Below, piece by piece: positions 45,625 to 57,000 of a stretch of DNA of 64,000 nt. Below the pieces are notes generated by a model. The model was not told where the DNA came from. It saw nothing but the letters and a program-made list of their open reading frames with translations, and ran no database searches. Each line of letters opens with the position of its first letter. Within the stretch, counting starts at the first letter, position 1. This DNA is from an uncultured delta proteobacterium (lineage in GTDB: Bacteria > Myxococcota_A > Polyangia > Polyangiales > Polyangiaceae), in contig CAVQUB010000021.1 in NCBI GenBank assembly GCA_963716725.1, positions 96,001 through 160,000 of the forward strand. Reading direction: 5' to 3'. The translations under genes and the position numbers were made by a program.

Positions 45625-45806
45625 GAGCCGTCCATCTTACCGCGGATCGCCGACGGTGAAGGCTCCAGAGGCGGCACCAGCGGCTTCGTCGAGCGCAAAA
45701 AGGCAACGGAGAAAAACCCGAAGTACCCGGGGCTCAACCCGCGGTCCCTGCCTTGGGCGCGATGCTCGTGTGACGAGGAGCGCGGCCCTCGGCCCCGGGC
45801 GGAATC

Positions 45807-45836
45807 ATCCGGACACTTTGGGATCTGAATCCGGAC
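45807..45836. promoter_or_regulatory. Candidate enhancer (UAS): ATCCGGAC direct repeat with 22-bp periodicity
   Basis: ATCCGGAC at 45807-45814 and 45829-45836, upstream of the sigma54 promoter. Confidence 0.45.
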
Positions 45837-45885
45837 GCACCAGTATCCACGGGGAGGATCTCCCGAGATTTGTCCTCGCGCCTGG

Positions 45886-45902
45886 CGGCACGACGCGTGC
45901 AA
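45886..45902 (+). promoter_or_regulatory. Sigma54 (-24/-12) promoter of the PilZ gene
   Basis: CGGCACGACGCGTGCAA = GG-N10-GC, matching TGGCACG-N4-TTGCW; followed by RBS GGAGG and ATG 45924. Confidence 0.7.
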
Positions 45903-45923
45903 CGGCCCCCCTCGGAGGTCGAG

Positions 45924-46265
45924 ATGGAGAAGCGAACCAGCCCCCGCACCAAGACAAACGTCGTGCTGAACGCCCGGCAGGGCAAGGCTAGCTACACGCT
46001 GCGTTGTACCGAACTCTCGCAGACAGGACTCTTGCTCTGCGTGCCGCGGGCGCTGAAACAGACGCCGTGGCCGTACCTGCGCGCGTCCATCGCGCTCAGC
46101 GACGGACCGGTCAACCTGCTCGCCCGGCGGATCGGCGAGCGGGGCAATCGGGTCGCGTATGCGTTCATCGTGCTCGATGACGCGTCGGAGGCCCGGCTGA
46201 CGGACTTCCTGTTCGACTGCCTACACGAACAGCAAGTGGGTCACCGACGCCGGCGTGCGGCGTGA
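45924..46265 (+). CDS. Stand-alone PilZ domain protein
   Basis: RTSPR (RxxxR) and ELSQTG (variant of D/NxSxxG); C-terminal helix RLTDFL. Confidence 0.75.
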   Translation: MEKRTSPRTKTNVVLNARQGKASYTLRCTELSQTGLLLCVPRALKQTPWPYLRASIALSDGPVNLLARRIGERGNRVAYAFIVLDDASEARLTDFLFDCLHEQQVGHRRRRAA

Positions 46266-46266
46266 T

Positions 46267-46977
46267 TCAGCCCTGCTCGAACTCCGTCCGACGGCCTTGC
46301 TGCACCATGATCTGGTCATACTCCTGGTACAGCGAGTGACCGGAGTGGGTCTTCGGCAAGTCGATGCCCAAGACCCGCGCTGACAGCAGGCCCGCCAGCG
46401 CCAAGACTCGATCACGCTCGGTGTAGCGCCCCACGCAACGCAGATCGGAGAGCTTTCGCTTGATGGTGGCCGTGAGACGGTCGGCGAGGCGATCTGGGAT
46501 GTGCGGCATCTCGAAGCTGGGGGTCAGCTCCTCGGCGAAACGCGAGATCGGCGGCGCGAAGTCCTCGTCCGCCTTCCGATGACGGCGAACGCTGCGCGCT
46601 TGCGCGTTGCTGATCGCGTCGTCGAGCACTGACTCGATCTGCCGGACCTCGAAGGGCTTGGCGATGAAGGTGATGGCCAGGTGCCGCGCCAGTCGCTCGA
46701 GACGCGGCTCGTCTTCCCCAGTGACCAGCGCGATGGTCATGTCGGGGTTGTTTTTGCGCAAGAACTCGCCGAGCACGAGCCCGTCCATGTCCGGCAGCCT
46801 CTGATCGAGGAAGGCCACCTGGAAAGTCCAGAGCGGCAGGAGCGCCATGCCCTCTTCCGCCGACGCAGCTGGCAGAGCTTGATGGCCACGGCTGGTCACC
46901 ACGCCGACCAGCACGCGACGCACGTCGTCGTCGTCGTCGATGACGAGCACGTTGAGTTGCTCGGCGTCGTGATCCAT
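46267..46977 (-). CDS. Response regulator receiver protein with unrecognised C-terminal domain
   Basis: VLVIDDD, FLDQRLPDMDG, VTG and AKPF motifs; about 110-aa helical extension. Confidence 0.85.
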   Translation of the reverse strand: MDHDAEQLNVLVIDDDDDVRRVLVGVVTSRGHQALPAASAEEGMALLPLWTFQVAFLDQRLPDMDGLVLGEFLRKNNPDMTIALVTGEDEPRLERLARHLAITFIAKPFEVRQIESVLDDAISNAQARSVRRHRKADEDFAPPISRFAEELTPSFEMPHIPDRLADRLTATIKRKLSDLRCVGRYTERDRVLALAGLLSARVLGIDLPKTHSGHSLYQEYDQIMVQQGRRTEFEQG

Positions 46978-47043
46978 CCGCTGCCCTCCGATTCGGGAGC
47001 GTACCACGCCCGCGCGGTGACTTCTGCTACACTGCGTGGCTGG

Positions 47044-48255
47044 ATGTCGTTCCACCTCCGGTCCGCCGGACTCGTGCTCATCGGGGCCTGGGCGATGCTC
47101 GTTCCCAGTTGCCTGGGCGTGGACGCTGCCAGCGTCAGCCCCGTCCCAAAATCCGACGCTGGGGTGGACGCTGACGCGGCCGGACTCGCCGACGGATCGT
47201 GGGCGTGCTCGCCGAAGACCTGCAAGGACCTGAACGCCAACTGCGGCGAGACCAGCAACGGTTGCGACAAGCTCGTTCAATGCGGCAGCTGTCCCACCGG
47301 TGAGAACTGCGGCGCGGGCGGACCCAATGTTTGTGGTGTGGGGACCTGCACCCCGTCGACCTGCGCGGCGGCGGGCGCCGAGTGTGGCCTGATCGGCGAC
47401 GGCTGCGGCAAGACCCTCGACTGCGGAACCTGCGCCTCACCCAAGGCCTGCGGTGTGAACAGCCAGCCCAACAAGTGCGGGTGTCTGCCCACCAGCTGCG
47501 CAGCCCAGGGCAAGGACTGTGGGAGCATCCCGGATGAGTGCGGCGGCACGCTGCCCTGCGGCAGTTGCCCTTCGGGAAAGAAGTGCGGCGCGGGCGGCGC
47601 GCCCAACGTCTGCGCGTGCGAGCCGACGACTTGCGCAGCGCAGGGCAAGAACTGCGGCAGCATCCCAGACGGGTGTGGCGGCAACCTCGACTGTGGGAGC
47701 TGCAAGGCGCCCAAGACCTGCGCGGGGCTCGGCACACCGAACATCTGCGAGTGCAGCCCGGCGGACTGTCCGCCCATCTACAAGAACAGCTTCGAATCGG
47801 CGAGCGACTACCCCACGGGCTGGGTCGCTTGGCAGAACTGCCCGACGGACGCGACTTGGAGCGCGGACCGCGAGCTGTACCCCGCGCCGGGTGGCGGCAG
47901 TTGGGGCCTACGGCTGCACACCACCGGGTTCGTCGGGGGCTGCCAGTACCCGGGAACGTACGCCGCGAGCCCGCACCTGAGCGCGCTCCCCAACCGGGTC
48001 TACCGTGTTCAAAGCTGGAGTCGTAACGCCGGCAGCACCGGGCAAACCACAATCCTGTTCTTCGACTCGAAGGACCAGCAGATCGGCGCCCAGTTCGGCA
48101 CCTGGACCACGGACAGCTGGCAGTACGGTGCGGACCCGCCATTGATGGCCACCTCGCCCGCAAACACCACTACGCTGGTCATTCGCTACTCCCTGCAGAC
48201 CCCTTCGGCGTACGCCGACCTCGACCTGCTCGAGGTCTACCTCGAGCCGCTCTGA
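47044..48255 (+). CDS. Cys-rich repeat surface protein with C-terminal beta-sandwich (CBM-like) domain
   Basis: Four C.P.TC...G..CG...DGCG..L.CG.C...CG repeats; signal ending VPSC. Confidence 0.8.
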   Translation: MSFHLRSAGLVLIGAWAMLVPSCLGVDAASVSPVPKSDAGVDADAAGLADGSWACSPKTCKDLNANCGETSNGCDKLVQCGSCPTGENCGAGGPNVCGVGTCTPSTCAAAGAECGLIGDGCGKTLDCGTCASPKACGVNSQPNKCGCLPTSCAAQGKDCGSIPDECGGTLPCGSCPSGKKCGAGGAPNVCACEPTTCAAQGKNCGSIPDGCGGNLDCGSCKAPKTCAGLGTPNICECSPADCPPIYKNSFESASDYPTGWVAWQNCPTDATWSADRELYPAPGGGSWGLRLHTTGFVGGCQYPGTYAASPHLSALPNRVYRVQSWSRNAGSTGQTTILFFDSKDQQIGAQFGTWTTDSWQYGADPPLMATSPANTTTLVIRYSLQTPSAYADLDLLEVYLEPL

Positions 48256-48257
48256 GT

Positions 48258-49952
48258 TCAGCAGTCGTCGGGGACCAGCTTGATGTCGTCTTCCTGAACC
48301 ACGGTCCACGACTCGGCGGGCCCGTAGCTGACGGTGACTTCCTCGGTCGGAACACCGGACGCCTTCAGCACCTTCGCCACCGAACAGCGCGGCGCACGCA
48401 CCGCGCCGGCCATGGGCATGTCGACCGGAAAGGGCGCCACCACCGGAGCCTCGCCCGCGAGCGTGACAGAGACGAGCTTGCCGCGCGCAACGAAGGAATA
48501 GGAGATGGTCCCGCCGTCCTCGCTGGCGAAGTCCACGGATCCATCGGCGGTGGGGTTGTCGATGGTCATCGACGAGAGCTGCGCCCCCGGCAGCTGCTTC
48601 AGCGCGAGCTCGAGGGCTCTGGGATAGAACGCCACGGCGTCCACGCGTTTCAGACTGATCACCCCCCGCGCCCGGGCCGCCGGGGCCGCCGAGCCCGTCG
48701 ACAGCGGGCCCGCACCCGCCCGGGGTGCGCCCGTCTCCACGATGGTGATCGTGTCGCGATCACCAAACACGGCCAGCGCGATCAGCGCCGAAGCAGCCAT
48801 CGCGAGGCCGAGCACTGCCAGCCCGATGACCGCGAGGGTCGGACCTCCCATTCCTCGCTTGCCAGCCTCGGGCCCGGCTTCCCGCAGCGTTGCGGCATAG
48901 CCCGGCGCGGTCGGCGCGGTTTGGGCGACGCGCTCCGGGATCCCCGACGGCGTGAAGCCGCCGGCCAGGATCGGGCGCGGTGAGCCCGCGGGCACCCCGG
49001 TCAGCGTCACGAAGCTAGTCGCTGGAAGGAAGGGCGCCACCTGGCGCAGCGCATCGGCGAAATCTTGCGCGCTCTGAAACCGGTGCGCGGCGTCCTTCTC
49101 CAGCGCACGCAGCGCGACGCTCTCGAGGGCCGGCGGGATCTCCGGGCGCAGCTCGCGAAGAGCGCGGGGTCGAACCTCGATCTGCTGTCGCAGCAGATCG
49201 AACAGGTTCTCCGCGTCGAAGGGGCGCTGCCCCGTGAGCGCTTCGAAGGCGATGACCCCGACCGAATAGATGTCGGATCGATGGTCGACGGTCAGCCCCC
49301 GCGCCTGCTCCGGTGACATGTAGTACGGCGTGCCCAGCAGCGCCCCGGTCCGTGTAGCGCCGCTGAGGCCCGCGATGTCGGGGCGCAGCTTGGCGATGCC
49401 AAAGTCGAGCACTTTGACTCGACCAGTGCTGGTCACGAAGACGTTGTCCGGCTTGACGTCGCGATGGGTGATGCCCTGGGCGTGGGCCGCGCCGAGGGCG
49501 TCCAGTACATTCAGCAAGATCTGCACGACGGCACCCAGCGGCGCCGGACGATGCAACTCGAGCACGCGGGCCAGCGGCGCGCCCTCGAGGTACTCCATCA
49601 CGATGTACGGGCGGCCGTCGGGGAGTCGACTCAGGTCGATGACGCTGACGATTCCTTCGTGGCGCACGACATTGACCGCGCGCGCTTCGGCGAAGAAGCG
49701 CTCAGTGACACCGGGCGCGCGCGCCGCGTCCGTGGTCAGCACCTTGATGGCTACTCGGCTGCCGATCTCGGGGTGCACGCCTCGGTACACTTCGCCCATG
49801 CCGCCCTGCCCGATCAGCGTCGCGACCCGGTAGCTGCCCACGGTCGAACCCAAGAGTGGGCACGACGCACTGTCGTTCAGCGTGCCGCCGTCTTCGGTGC
49901 AGAACCCCGGTGTGGGGTACGATCGCGCGCACTCGACGCAAACAAAGGCCAC
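48258..49952 (-). CDS. Ser/Thr protein kinase with N-terminal zinc ribbon and TM
   Basis: CVEC..CTEDG; GQGGMGEVY, HRDVKPDN, DFGIAK and GTPYYMSPEQ motifs. Confidence 0.95.
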   Translation of the reverse strand: MAFVCVECARSYPTPGFCTEDGGTLNDSASCPLLGSTVGSYRVATLIGQGGMGEVYRGVHPEIGSRVAIKVLTTDAARAPGVTERFFAEARAVNVVRHEGIVSVIDLSRLPDGRPYIVMEYLEGAPLARVLELHRPAPLGAVVQILLNVLDALGAAHAQGITHRDVKPDNVFVTSTGRVKVLDFGIAKLRPDIAGLSGATRTGALLGTPYYMSPEQARGLTVDHRSDIYSVGVIAFEALTGQRPFDAENLFDLLRQQIEVRPRALRELRPEIPPALESVALRALEKDAAHRFQSAQDFADALRQVAPFLPATSFVTLTGVPAGSPRPILAGGFTPSGIPERVAQTAPTAPGYAATLREAGPEAGKRGMGGPTLAVIGLAVLGLAMAASALIALAVFGDRDTITIVETGAPRAGAGPLSTGSAAPAARARGVISLKRVDAVAFYPRALELALKQLPGAQLSSMTIDNPTADGSVDFASEDGGTISYSFVARGKLVSVTLAGEAPVVAPFPVDMPMAGAVRAPRCSVAKVLKASGVPTEEVTVSYGPAESWTVVQEDDIKLVPDDC

Positions 49953-49992
49953 GCGGCAAGGATACACCGGCGGCGATCGCCGTCAGGCCTGG

Positions 49993-52900
49993 TCAGAGCC
50001 CGACCCACGCAACGCCCGACCACCGCAGTTTCACTGGTTTGCCGGTGGCTGGCAGCTCGAGCTCGCTCGACGCCAAGGCCGGTGGCGCGCCGACGGCATC
50101 CGACGGGAGCAGCGTGCCCAGCCGTATCTTGTAGGGACGAGCCGGCACCAGCTCTTCGGGCCGAGTCAGCTCGATCTCGATCTCGGCGCCGCTCGGGTCG
50201 AAGGCGATGGAGTAGAGCCCCATGGCAGCCGCCGCGATGTCAGCGGGGATCTCTTCTTTCTCTTTGCCGAAGCGGCGAACCAGCTTCACCTCGATACCCG
50301 GCAGCGCTGACGGCGTTCGGAGCAGCAGCACGTGGCGCTTCTCGGTGCGCGGGACCTCGAGCGCGGCGAAGGTCAGCGCGTCCGTCTGCCCCGTGCCGGC
50401 CGCCGTACCCGATCGCGCCTCGGCGAGCAGCGCGGCGGCGACGTGTCCAGCCAAGGTGGAGGCCGCGGCCTGCCCCGACCGACCCCCGGTCTCGACGACC
50501 CGTGTCAGCAGGCGGCGCGCGAGATCGAGTCGGCCCGCGCCCGCGTGGGCCAGCGCGCTACGAAGCACTCCCGCGGGCTCGTCGGTCGCGAGCTCGGCGA
50601 GAGCGGCGTAGGCCTGGCTTGCGTCGTCGAAGAGCCCCTCATTGCGCAGGCGGTCACCCAAGAACGCACGCGCCCATGGATCAGCCGGCGCTCGCTCGCC
50701 CAGCTCGCCGAAGGTCCGGCGCGCTTCGTCCTGCTCTCCGAGGCGCAAGAGCGCGCTCGCCACGTCGGCGAGGACCTGGGCCGACGCGAAGGGGTCGAGG
50801 CGCACGCGGCGCGCCTCCTCCGCGAGTTGCTCCTTCTTGCCCTGCGCTTCGAGCAGCGCGATGAGCCGACCTTTCAGGAAGCTGTCGTGGGGCGCGATGC
50901 TGAGGAACTTGCGCACGACGGCCAGACGCGCGTCGTCACTGCCCGCGGCACGGTAGCGCTTCTGCAGCACCGACATTGGGTAGCTCTCGCTCCCGACCAA
51001 GGCCAGCTTCACGCGCGAGAGTTCGGTCGCGTCTCGCGCACGGCGCACGGCTTCACGGCGGACGAAGGCCGAGGCCTCGATTTCACCGGCGACATCGAGC
51101 GCGCGCGCGAGCTCGACACGGCGCGCGCCGTCCTTCTCCACGAGCAGTGCGAGTTCGAGCAGCGCGCGACGATCGGCCCAGCTCTTGAGTTCACAACCGC
51201 GCTTGGCCGAGACGTAGACGTCAAAAGGGCCTTCGGAGCCGAGCCGTACGCGCCACACGCCGCGCCGGAGCGGCATCGGGAGTTGCGAGAGCGACGAGCA
51301 CTTGGTGCCGCGGAGCGAGACCCGGGGCGGCGGCAGCATGATTTCCCTCTCCACCTTCACCTTGCCGCCGAGGCCGCTCTCTGGGTACGAGAGGCCCTGG
51401 AGCGCCACCTCCACGCAGCGGTTCAGCGCATCGTCGTTGGCGAGCGCCGAGTTGCCGCGCACCTTGACGTCGCTCGGCCGACCTTCCCCGTCGATCGCGA
51501 GCGAGATCAGCAGCGTGCCGGTGAGCTCAGGCCGGAGCGCCGCGCGCGAATCACGACACGCGCGGACCGACGGCATGGCCGTGTCGATGGAGAACGCGGC
51601 CGCGGCCGACACAGCAGTGGCCAGCTCCTTCTCACCTTCAGCGTCATCGACCCGACCGGGGTGCGGCACGCTGACCAGCGCGCCGGGCGCGAAATCCTCG
51701 CTGGATTTCGTCACCGGAACGTCGTCCCACGGCGAGATCACGTCCGAGAGAGCGACGTCGAGCTGCCGCGCTTCGAGGGCGGTACCCGCGTAGCTCGGCT
51801 GCGCAGCGAAGCCCGTCCACGGAGTCATCAGCCCGGCACGCAGCGCGACATCCGTCACCGACTCACGACCGCGCCGCGCGAGGAGCAGCTCGTCGATGCG
51901 AGCCTTGGCCCAGCGCCGACGCACGTCGTCGGGCCAGGGCGAGACACGCAGCGCGACCAGCATCGAGTCCTCGTGCGAGCCGTCCTTGTCGCGCCACTTG
52001 AGGGTGATCGCGCTCGGCGGCCGGCCCCGCACGCGCCCCACGACCTCGATGGTGCTCCCAGCGAAGGCGGCGCGCGCCGTGCGTGGGTACACCTGCTCGA
52101 CCTCGGGACCGAGCACCAGCTCGACGCCAGCGAAGGCGGGACGCAGCGCATCGGCCACCAGCTCGGTGGCCGCCGCGGTCGCATCAGACGAATCCGTGAC
52201 GAAGAGCAGGGGACCCGAGCCCTGGGTCAGCGCCCGGAGCGCCCGCACGTGAGCCGTGGCCCCGACGGCAACGGCTCCCACCCGCGGCTTGCCGCCCGCC
52301 CGGCGAGCGAGCCGAGCCTCGATGCTCTTGACGTCGGGATCGCCCAGCGTCGCCCAACCGTCACCGACGTAGACGACCACGCCGGCCGGCGCATCCGCCG
52401 GCAGCGCGTCGGCGCCCGCTTCGAGGGCTCGGCCCAAGTCGGTGGCGCCCCCCGGAGCGAGCTTGCCGAGCGCGTCGATGATGGCGGTCTTGCGCGGGCC
52501 GTCCAGCGGTCCGATGGCAGCGGGCCCGACCGGACGCACGCTCTGATCGGCGCTGAGCACCACCACGCGGTCGCGGTCCCCCATCGCGTCGAGCACCGAG
52601 CGCACGAAGGCACGAGACACGTCGAGCTCCGCCGGCTCGGCGCTTCCGGAGGTGTCGATGACGAGCGCCAAGGTCGCCCCGACGTCGGGCCCCGCCTGGG
52701 CAGATCCGCTCGCACCAGCACCGTGCTTGCGTCTTCATCGCCATCCTTCTTGGCGATGTACATGCGCGCGTTGGAGTCCCAGGGCGCGAGTTCGACGTCC
52801 ACCACCAAGTCCGCGCTCGGACGGAAGTCCGGGCGGCGCGTGCGCACGCTGGTGCCCTCGACGTTCGTGCCCGAGCTCGCCGCGAGCGACCGTGGTTTCG

Positions 52901-54012
52901 CCAGCGCCGCGTCGATCTGCGCCGAGAACTCTCCGATCAGCGGCGGCTCGCCAGCGCCGGCCATCGGGAAACGGTACTGCGCGAGCAGCTTGCCGGACTC
53001 GCGCCGCACCGGCAGCCACTCGATGTACTCGACAACCACCGTGATGGTCGCGCCGCTCGCAATGGTCGGCAGGTGCCCGCGCACCCAACCTTCGCCGGCC
53101 CATTCGAGCAACGCGGGGCCCTCGGGAGCGAGCTGCACCGATTCGCGGTGCGCGAGGGCGATCTTGCCCTCTTGCAGGTCTTCGTCACGACCCCAAGCAA
53201 AACGCGAGACGATGGCGTCCGGCGGCAGCGCCATGCGGAAGTCGCCGCGAACGCCGCTGCTCCCGCCGTTGAAATAGGTGGTGGTGACCCGGGTCTCGGC
53301 GATCTCGGGCTCGAGCTTCGCGCTCACGTCCAACGCACGAATGGTGAGCGGCGAACCCGGGTCGCCGGGCTTCGAACCGAGATTCTGCACCCCAGATTTC
53401 ACCGACCGCACGCCGCGGAGGTCCGGCCGCGCCCCAGGGAGCCGCGAGCCCGCCCGTCCAGTCGTCGAAGGCCTTCTCCGGGCGGACGCTGACGTTGGCG
53501 CCTTCGATCAAGGCGGACTCGCCCGCGCGCACCTTGTGCTCGCCGTTGCCGGCGCTCACGACAATCTCGTCGTTGGCAGCGTAAACCCGAGCAGGACCTT
53601 CGCGCCGGTCAAAGCCGACACGGGCAGCGCCGGGACGCACCTTCACGTCGCCGACGGAAATCTCGGCGCGAGCCCCGACCACCCCCTCGACGAACAGTCG
53701 GCCGCTCTCCAGGCTGATCTTCGCGTCGTCGACGCTGATCTTCGTCGAGCGGTCGATCAGCACCACCGTGCCGTCGTCGAGGCGGATGCGCGCTCGACCT
53801 TGTGCGTCGGTCTCGACGCGCTGCCCGGGTGCGATCCGTACGAGACCGCGCCGCTCCCCCTCGTTCACGTTCACGCCCGGATGAACCACCGACAGGTCGG
53901 CTACGGTCACGCCGCGTTGAATGGCTCTGGGCCGCGCGATGAATACGACGCCGGCAATGATGACGCCGAGCACGACGACGATCGCGAGCGTCCGCAGGAT
54001 CTTCTTAGCCAC
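49993..54012 (-). pseudogene. FecR-like + VIT + vWA + TonB_C-like + TPR protein (about 1340 aa), interrupted by two frameshifts; probably assembly errors
   Basis: ORFs 53185..54012, 52227..53411 and 49993..52671 are collinear with the upstream paralog. Shifts at the C run 53390-53393 and the G run 52698-52700. MIDAS motif DTSGS. Confidence 0.85.
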
Positions 54013-57000
54013 GGGTCACCTCCCCGGTGCCGAGATTGAAACGGATGGTGGGTGGACCGCCGCGCTCGAAGCGAACCGGCAGCTTGATGATCTTCTCGCT
54101 CTTGCCGAGCTCGTCGAACACGACCGTGAGCGTCAGCTCGGCACCGAGCCGCGCGGCGGCCTCGACGTCGCCCTTCTCGATCCGGATTTCCACCCACCGA
54201 GCCCCCTTCGAGGGCATGCGCGCCTGTGCGATGCCCAAGGTCACGTCCCCTTCGGACGCCGGCATCGCTGCACCGAGCGCGTTGGTGTAGAGCACGGGGT
54301 GCAGCTCGGGATGGGACCAGGTGAGCGTCACCCGCGCGCCTCGGCCCGTCTTCGCGCCCTCGGAAGCCAGCACACGTTCCGCGCGCGCGGCGAGATCCTC
54401 GGCCTCTTGTTCCCGCTTGCCTTCGCGGGCAGCCAGGCGTCCCCACGCGAGGAAGGTCGCGGCGAATGCCCGCGAAGTTGCGGCGGGGCCCGAATCGACA
54501 TCGGGGGCCCCGGCGCCGTGGCCCTTCTCGGTCCAACGCACGGCTGCTTCGACCTGGCCCTCGCCCTCGGCGGCCGCGGCCAGCAGGAGCGCGACGCTCG
54601 AGTCGTCAGGCGTGATCGTCGCCAACGTCTCGTATTGTCGACGCGCGTCGGCGAACCAACCGTGAGCTCGAAGTAGATCGCCGAGGCGGCGACGCGCCAC
54701 TGGATCGTCCGGCGCGAACTCCACGATCTCGCCGAAAGCGCGACGTGCGAGGCCCTCGTTCTCGGCCTTGCCCTTCGGCTCCTTCATCGACGCGGCGATG
54801 CGCAGGTAGAGTTCGCCAATGGAGGTGCGGACGTGCGCATCCGCATCGGGCCGCGCGCGCAGGCGCTCCGCGAAGTCCGCAGCTCCCGAGAAGTCCCCGG
54901 CATCCTCCAGCGCGTCGAGAAGACGAAGCGCCAGCGGGAAGTCGTCGGGCCACTCCCTCACGAGCACTCGCAACTTTGCCGCGCGCAGGCTCGGATCCTT
55001 GGTCTCGGACAGCAACTTCTCGAGCATGCCCGGGTCCATGCTCTTCAGCCCGAGCGCAGCGTGCAGCTCGCGCATCTGCTGCGCCGTCTTGATGCGAGCC
55101 ACAATGCCTCGGTAGAGCGAGTCGGCGGCGGTGGCGTCGTTCTGCATCAGCTTCCAGAGCCCGACGCGCATCTGCACGCTGCCGAGGGCGTCGAGCATCA
55201 GCGAGAGCAGGCGTCGTCGCTCGGTCCAGCTCGGCGCTTCACAGCCCCGAAGCGCCGTCTGATAGACGCCGAGCACACCGCCCGGGCTGCCCGCCATCTT
55301 CGAGAGACGCTCGCGCCACAGGGTCACCCGATCCGAGAGCGGGAGATCCGCCGCGGCGCTGCAGCGGATCACGAAGCGAGGGATCACGTCGAGCCCGACC
55401 ACGACGAAGGGAGCGTCGATCTTCTCGGGCTTGGTTCCCCCACCGCCGCCGGGCGAAAACATGATCGGGTAGCTGACGGTGACGATACCGCCTTCGGGCT
55501 GCGGGAAGCTGAGACCGGTGAACGCCGCAACGACGCAGGCGACCACGCCGGAGTCCGGAACGTCCGAATCCCCATTCCTGGCGTTCGCCACCTCACCCTG
55601 AGCGTTGATCACGAAGCGAACGGCGACGCGGCCCTCGAGGTTCGGGTTGCGTTGGAGCCCTTGCTCGTAACACAGGCGAAAACGTCCGAAGTTCTGCCGC
55701 ACGATGCGCTGCACGACCTCCGGCGGCAGCTTTCCGGTGACCTGAGTCGCGCCCATGCGCACCGACGGCACCGACGTGGCGTGAGCGCCGCCCAGGCGCC
55801 CGTGCCCGGAGCCGAAGCCTTGACCGGATCCAGTCCCAGCGCCTTTGCCGATGGTGCCGATCGAACCGAGTCCGATCCCTTCGCCACGACCGCCGCCACC
55901 TTCACCGATGCCGCTCAGACCGAGACCGCCCGCACCGGAAGCATCCCCGATCTGGTCGCCCCAAGTGTTGCCTTTCGCCGACTTCGTCTCGGGAGCCTCG
56001 CTGGGTTTGTCCTCCCCGGCCGCCGGCGCGCGTTCTGCCTTGGCGACGGGCGCGGCCGCCGTCGCGGCGGCCTCGGGCGCCGGCGCGGCCGGCGGCGATG
56101 CGGCCAGCGAGTCGTCTCTCCCCCAAGGCGCCGTTGGAGCGCTCGGATCCCCCCCCGCACCGGTGTTCAAGAGGCCGATCATCCCAAACTCGGAGCTGTC
56201 CTTCAGGGCCTGCTGACGGGCGATGTGAGGGTCCGCGTTGTCCCGGGGTCCTTCCACGCCGTAGCGCTTGGCCGAGGCGCTCGCGGGGCGCCCCATCGAT
56301 CCCTCTTCACCCTTGGCGCGGGTGCCAGTACCGCCTTCTTTGTTGTCGGACTTTGCGGTCTCCTCGGCCACTTCTTCCCGCTCGCGCTCACGCTCGAGGT
56401 CTTCCTCCGTCATGCGCTTGCGCCGCTCTTCGGCCAGCTCCCGCGCGGTTGGTACGTAGTAGGACGTGACCGGAGTGATGATGCCAAAGCGTGAGCCGAC
56501 GTCGACCATGGCGGCCCTGCCCGCGCGCTCGCGGAGCAACTCGCCGAGCCGTGCCTCGGCCCAGCGACGCCGAAGGTCACCCTGATCGTCGAGGGCCCGC
56601 GGATCGAGCGGCAGCTCTTTCTTGCCCTCCCGGGTCGTCACCGTGATCTTCCGGGGGGTCGCGCCTGCGGTGCGACCGACCACGATCACGGTCTCGTCCG
56701 CTACGAGCGCGCCCGAACCCCGGGGATAGATGCGCTCCACGCTCTCGCCGAGACTGATCTCGGTTCCGAGCCAGGCCGGCCGCTCGGCACGCTCGAGCAC
56801 TGCGAGACCCGCACGAGCCGCCGACGCCGCGTCGTCGAGTCGGCTCGCGAAGCCGCCGCTGGCGAGCCCCGCGAGCAACGCCATGTCGACGTCGCGCCCG
56901 ACGCCGAGCGAGAAGACCCGCGGCGGTCGCGGCAGCTTGCTCATCTTCTGCTCGAGATCCTTGAGGGTGATTTCGCCGACGGTGGGCAGACCGTCGCCGA

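Noticed and set aside
47210..47760. Cys-rich repeats as a TraA kin-recognition receptor
   Set aside because: The repeat type and domain order differ, no MYXO-CTERM-like tail is seen, and it is 20 kb from the TraB-like gene.
50332..53277. 981-aa plus-strand ORF, and similar long ORFs such as 54833..56494, 57221..58717, 5146..6387 and 7903..9213
   Set aside because: Antisense shadows of well-supported genes, expected at high GC; no motifs.
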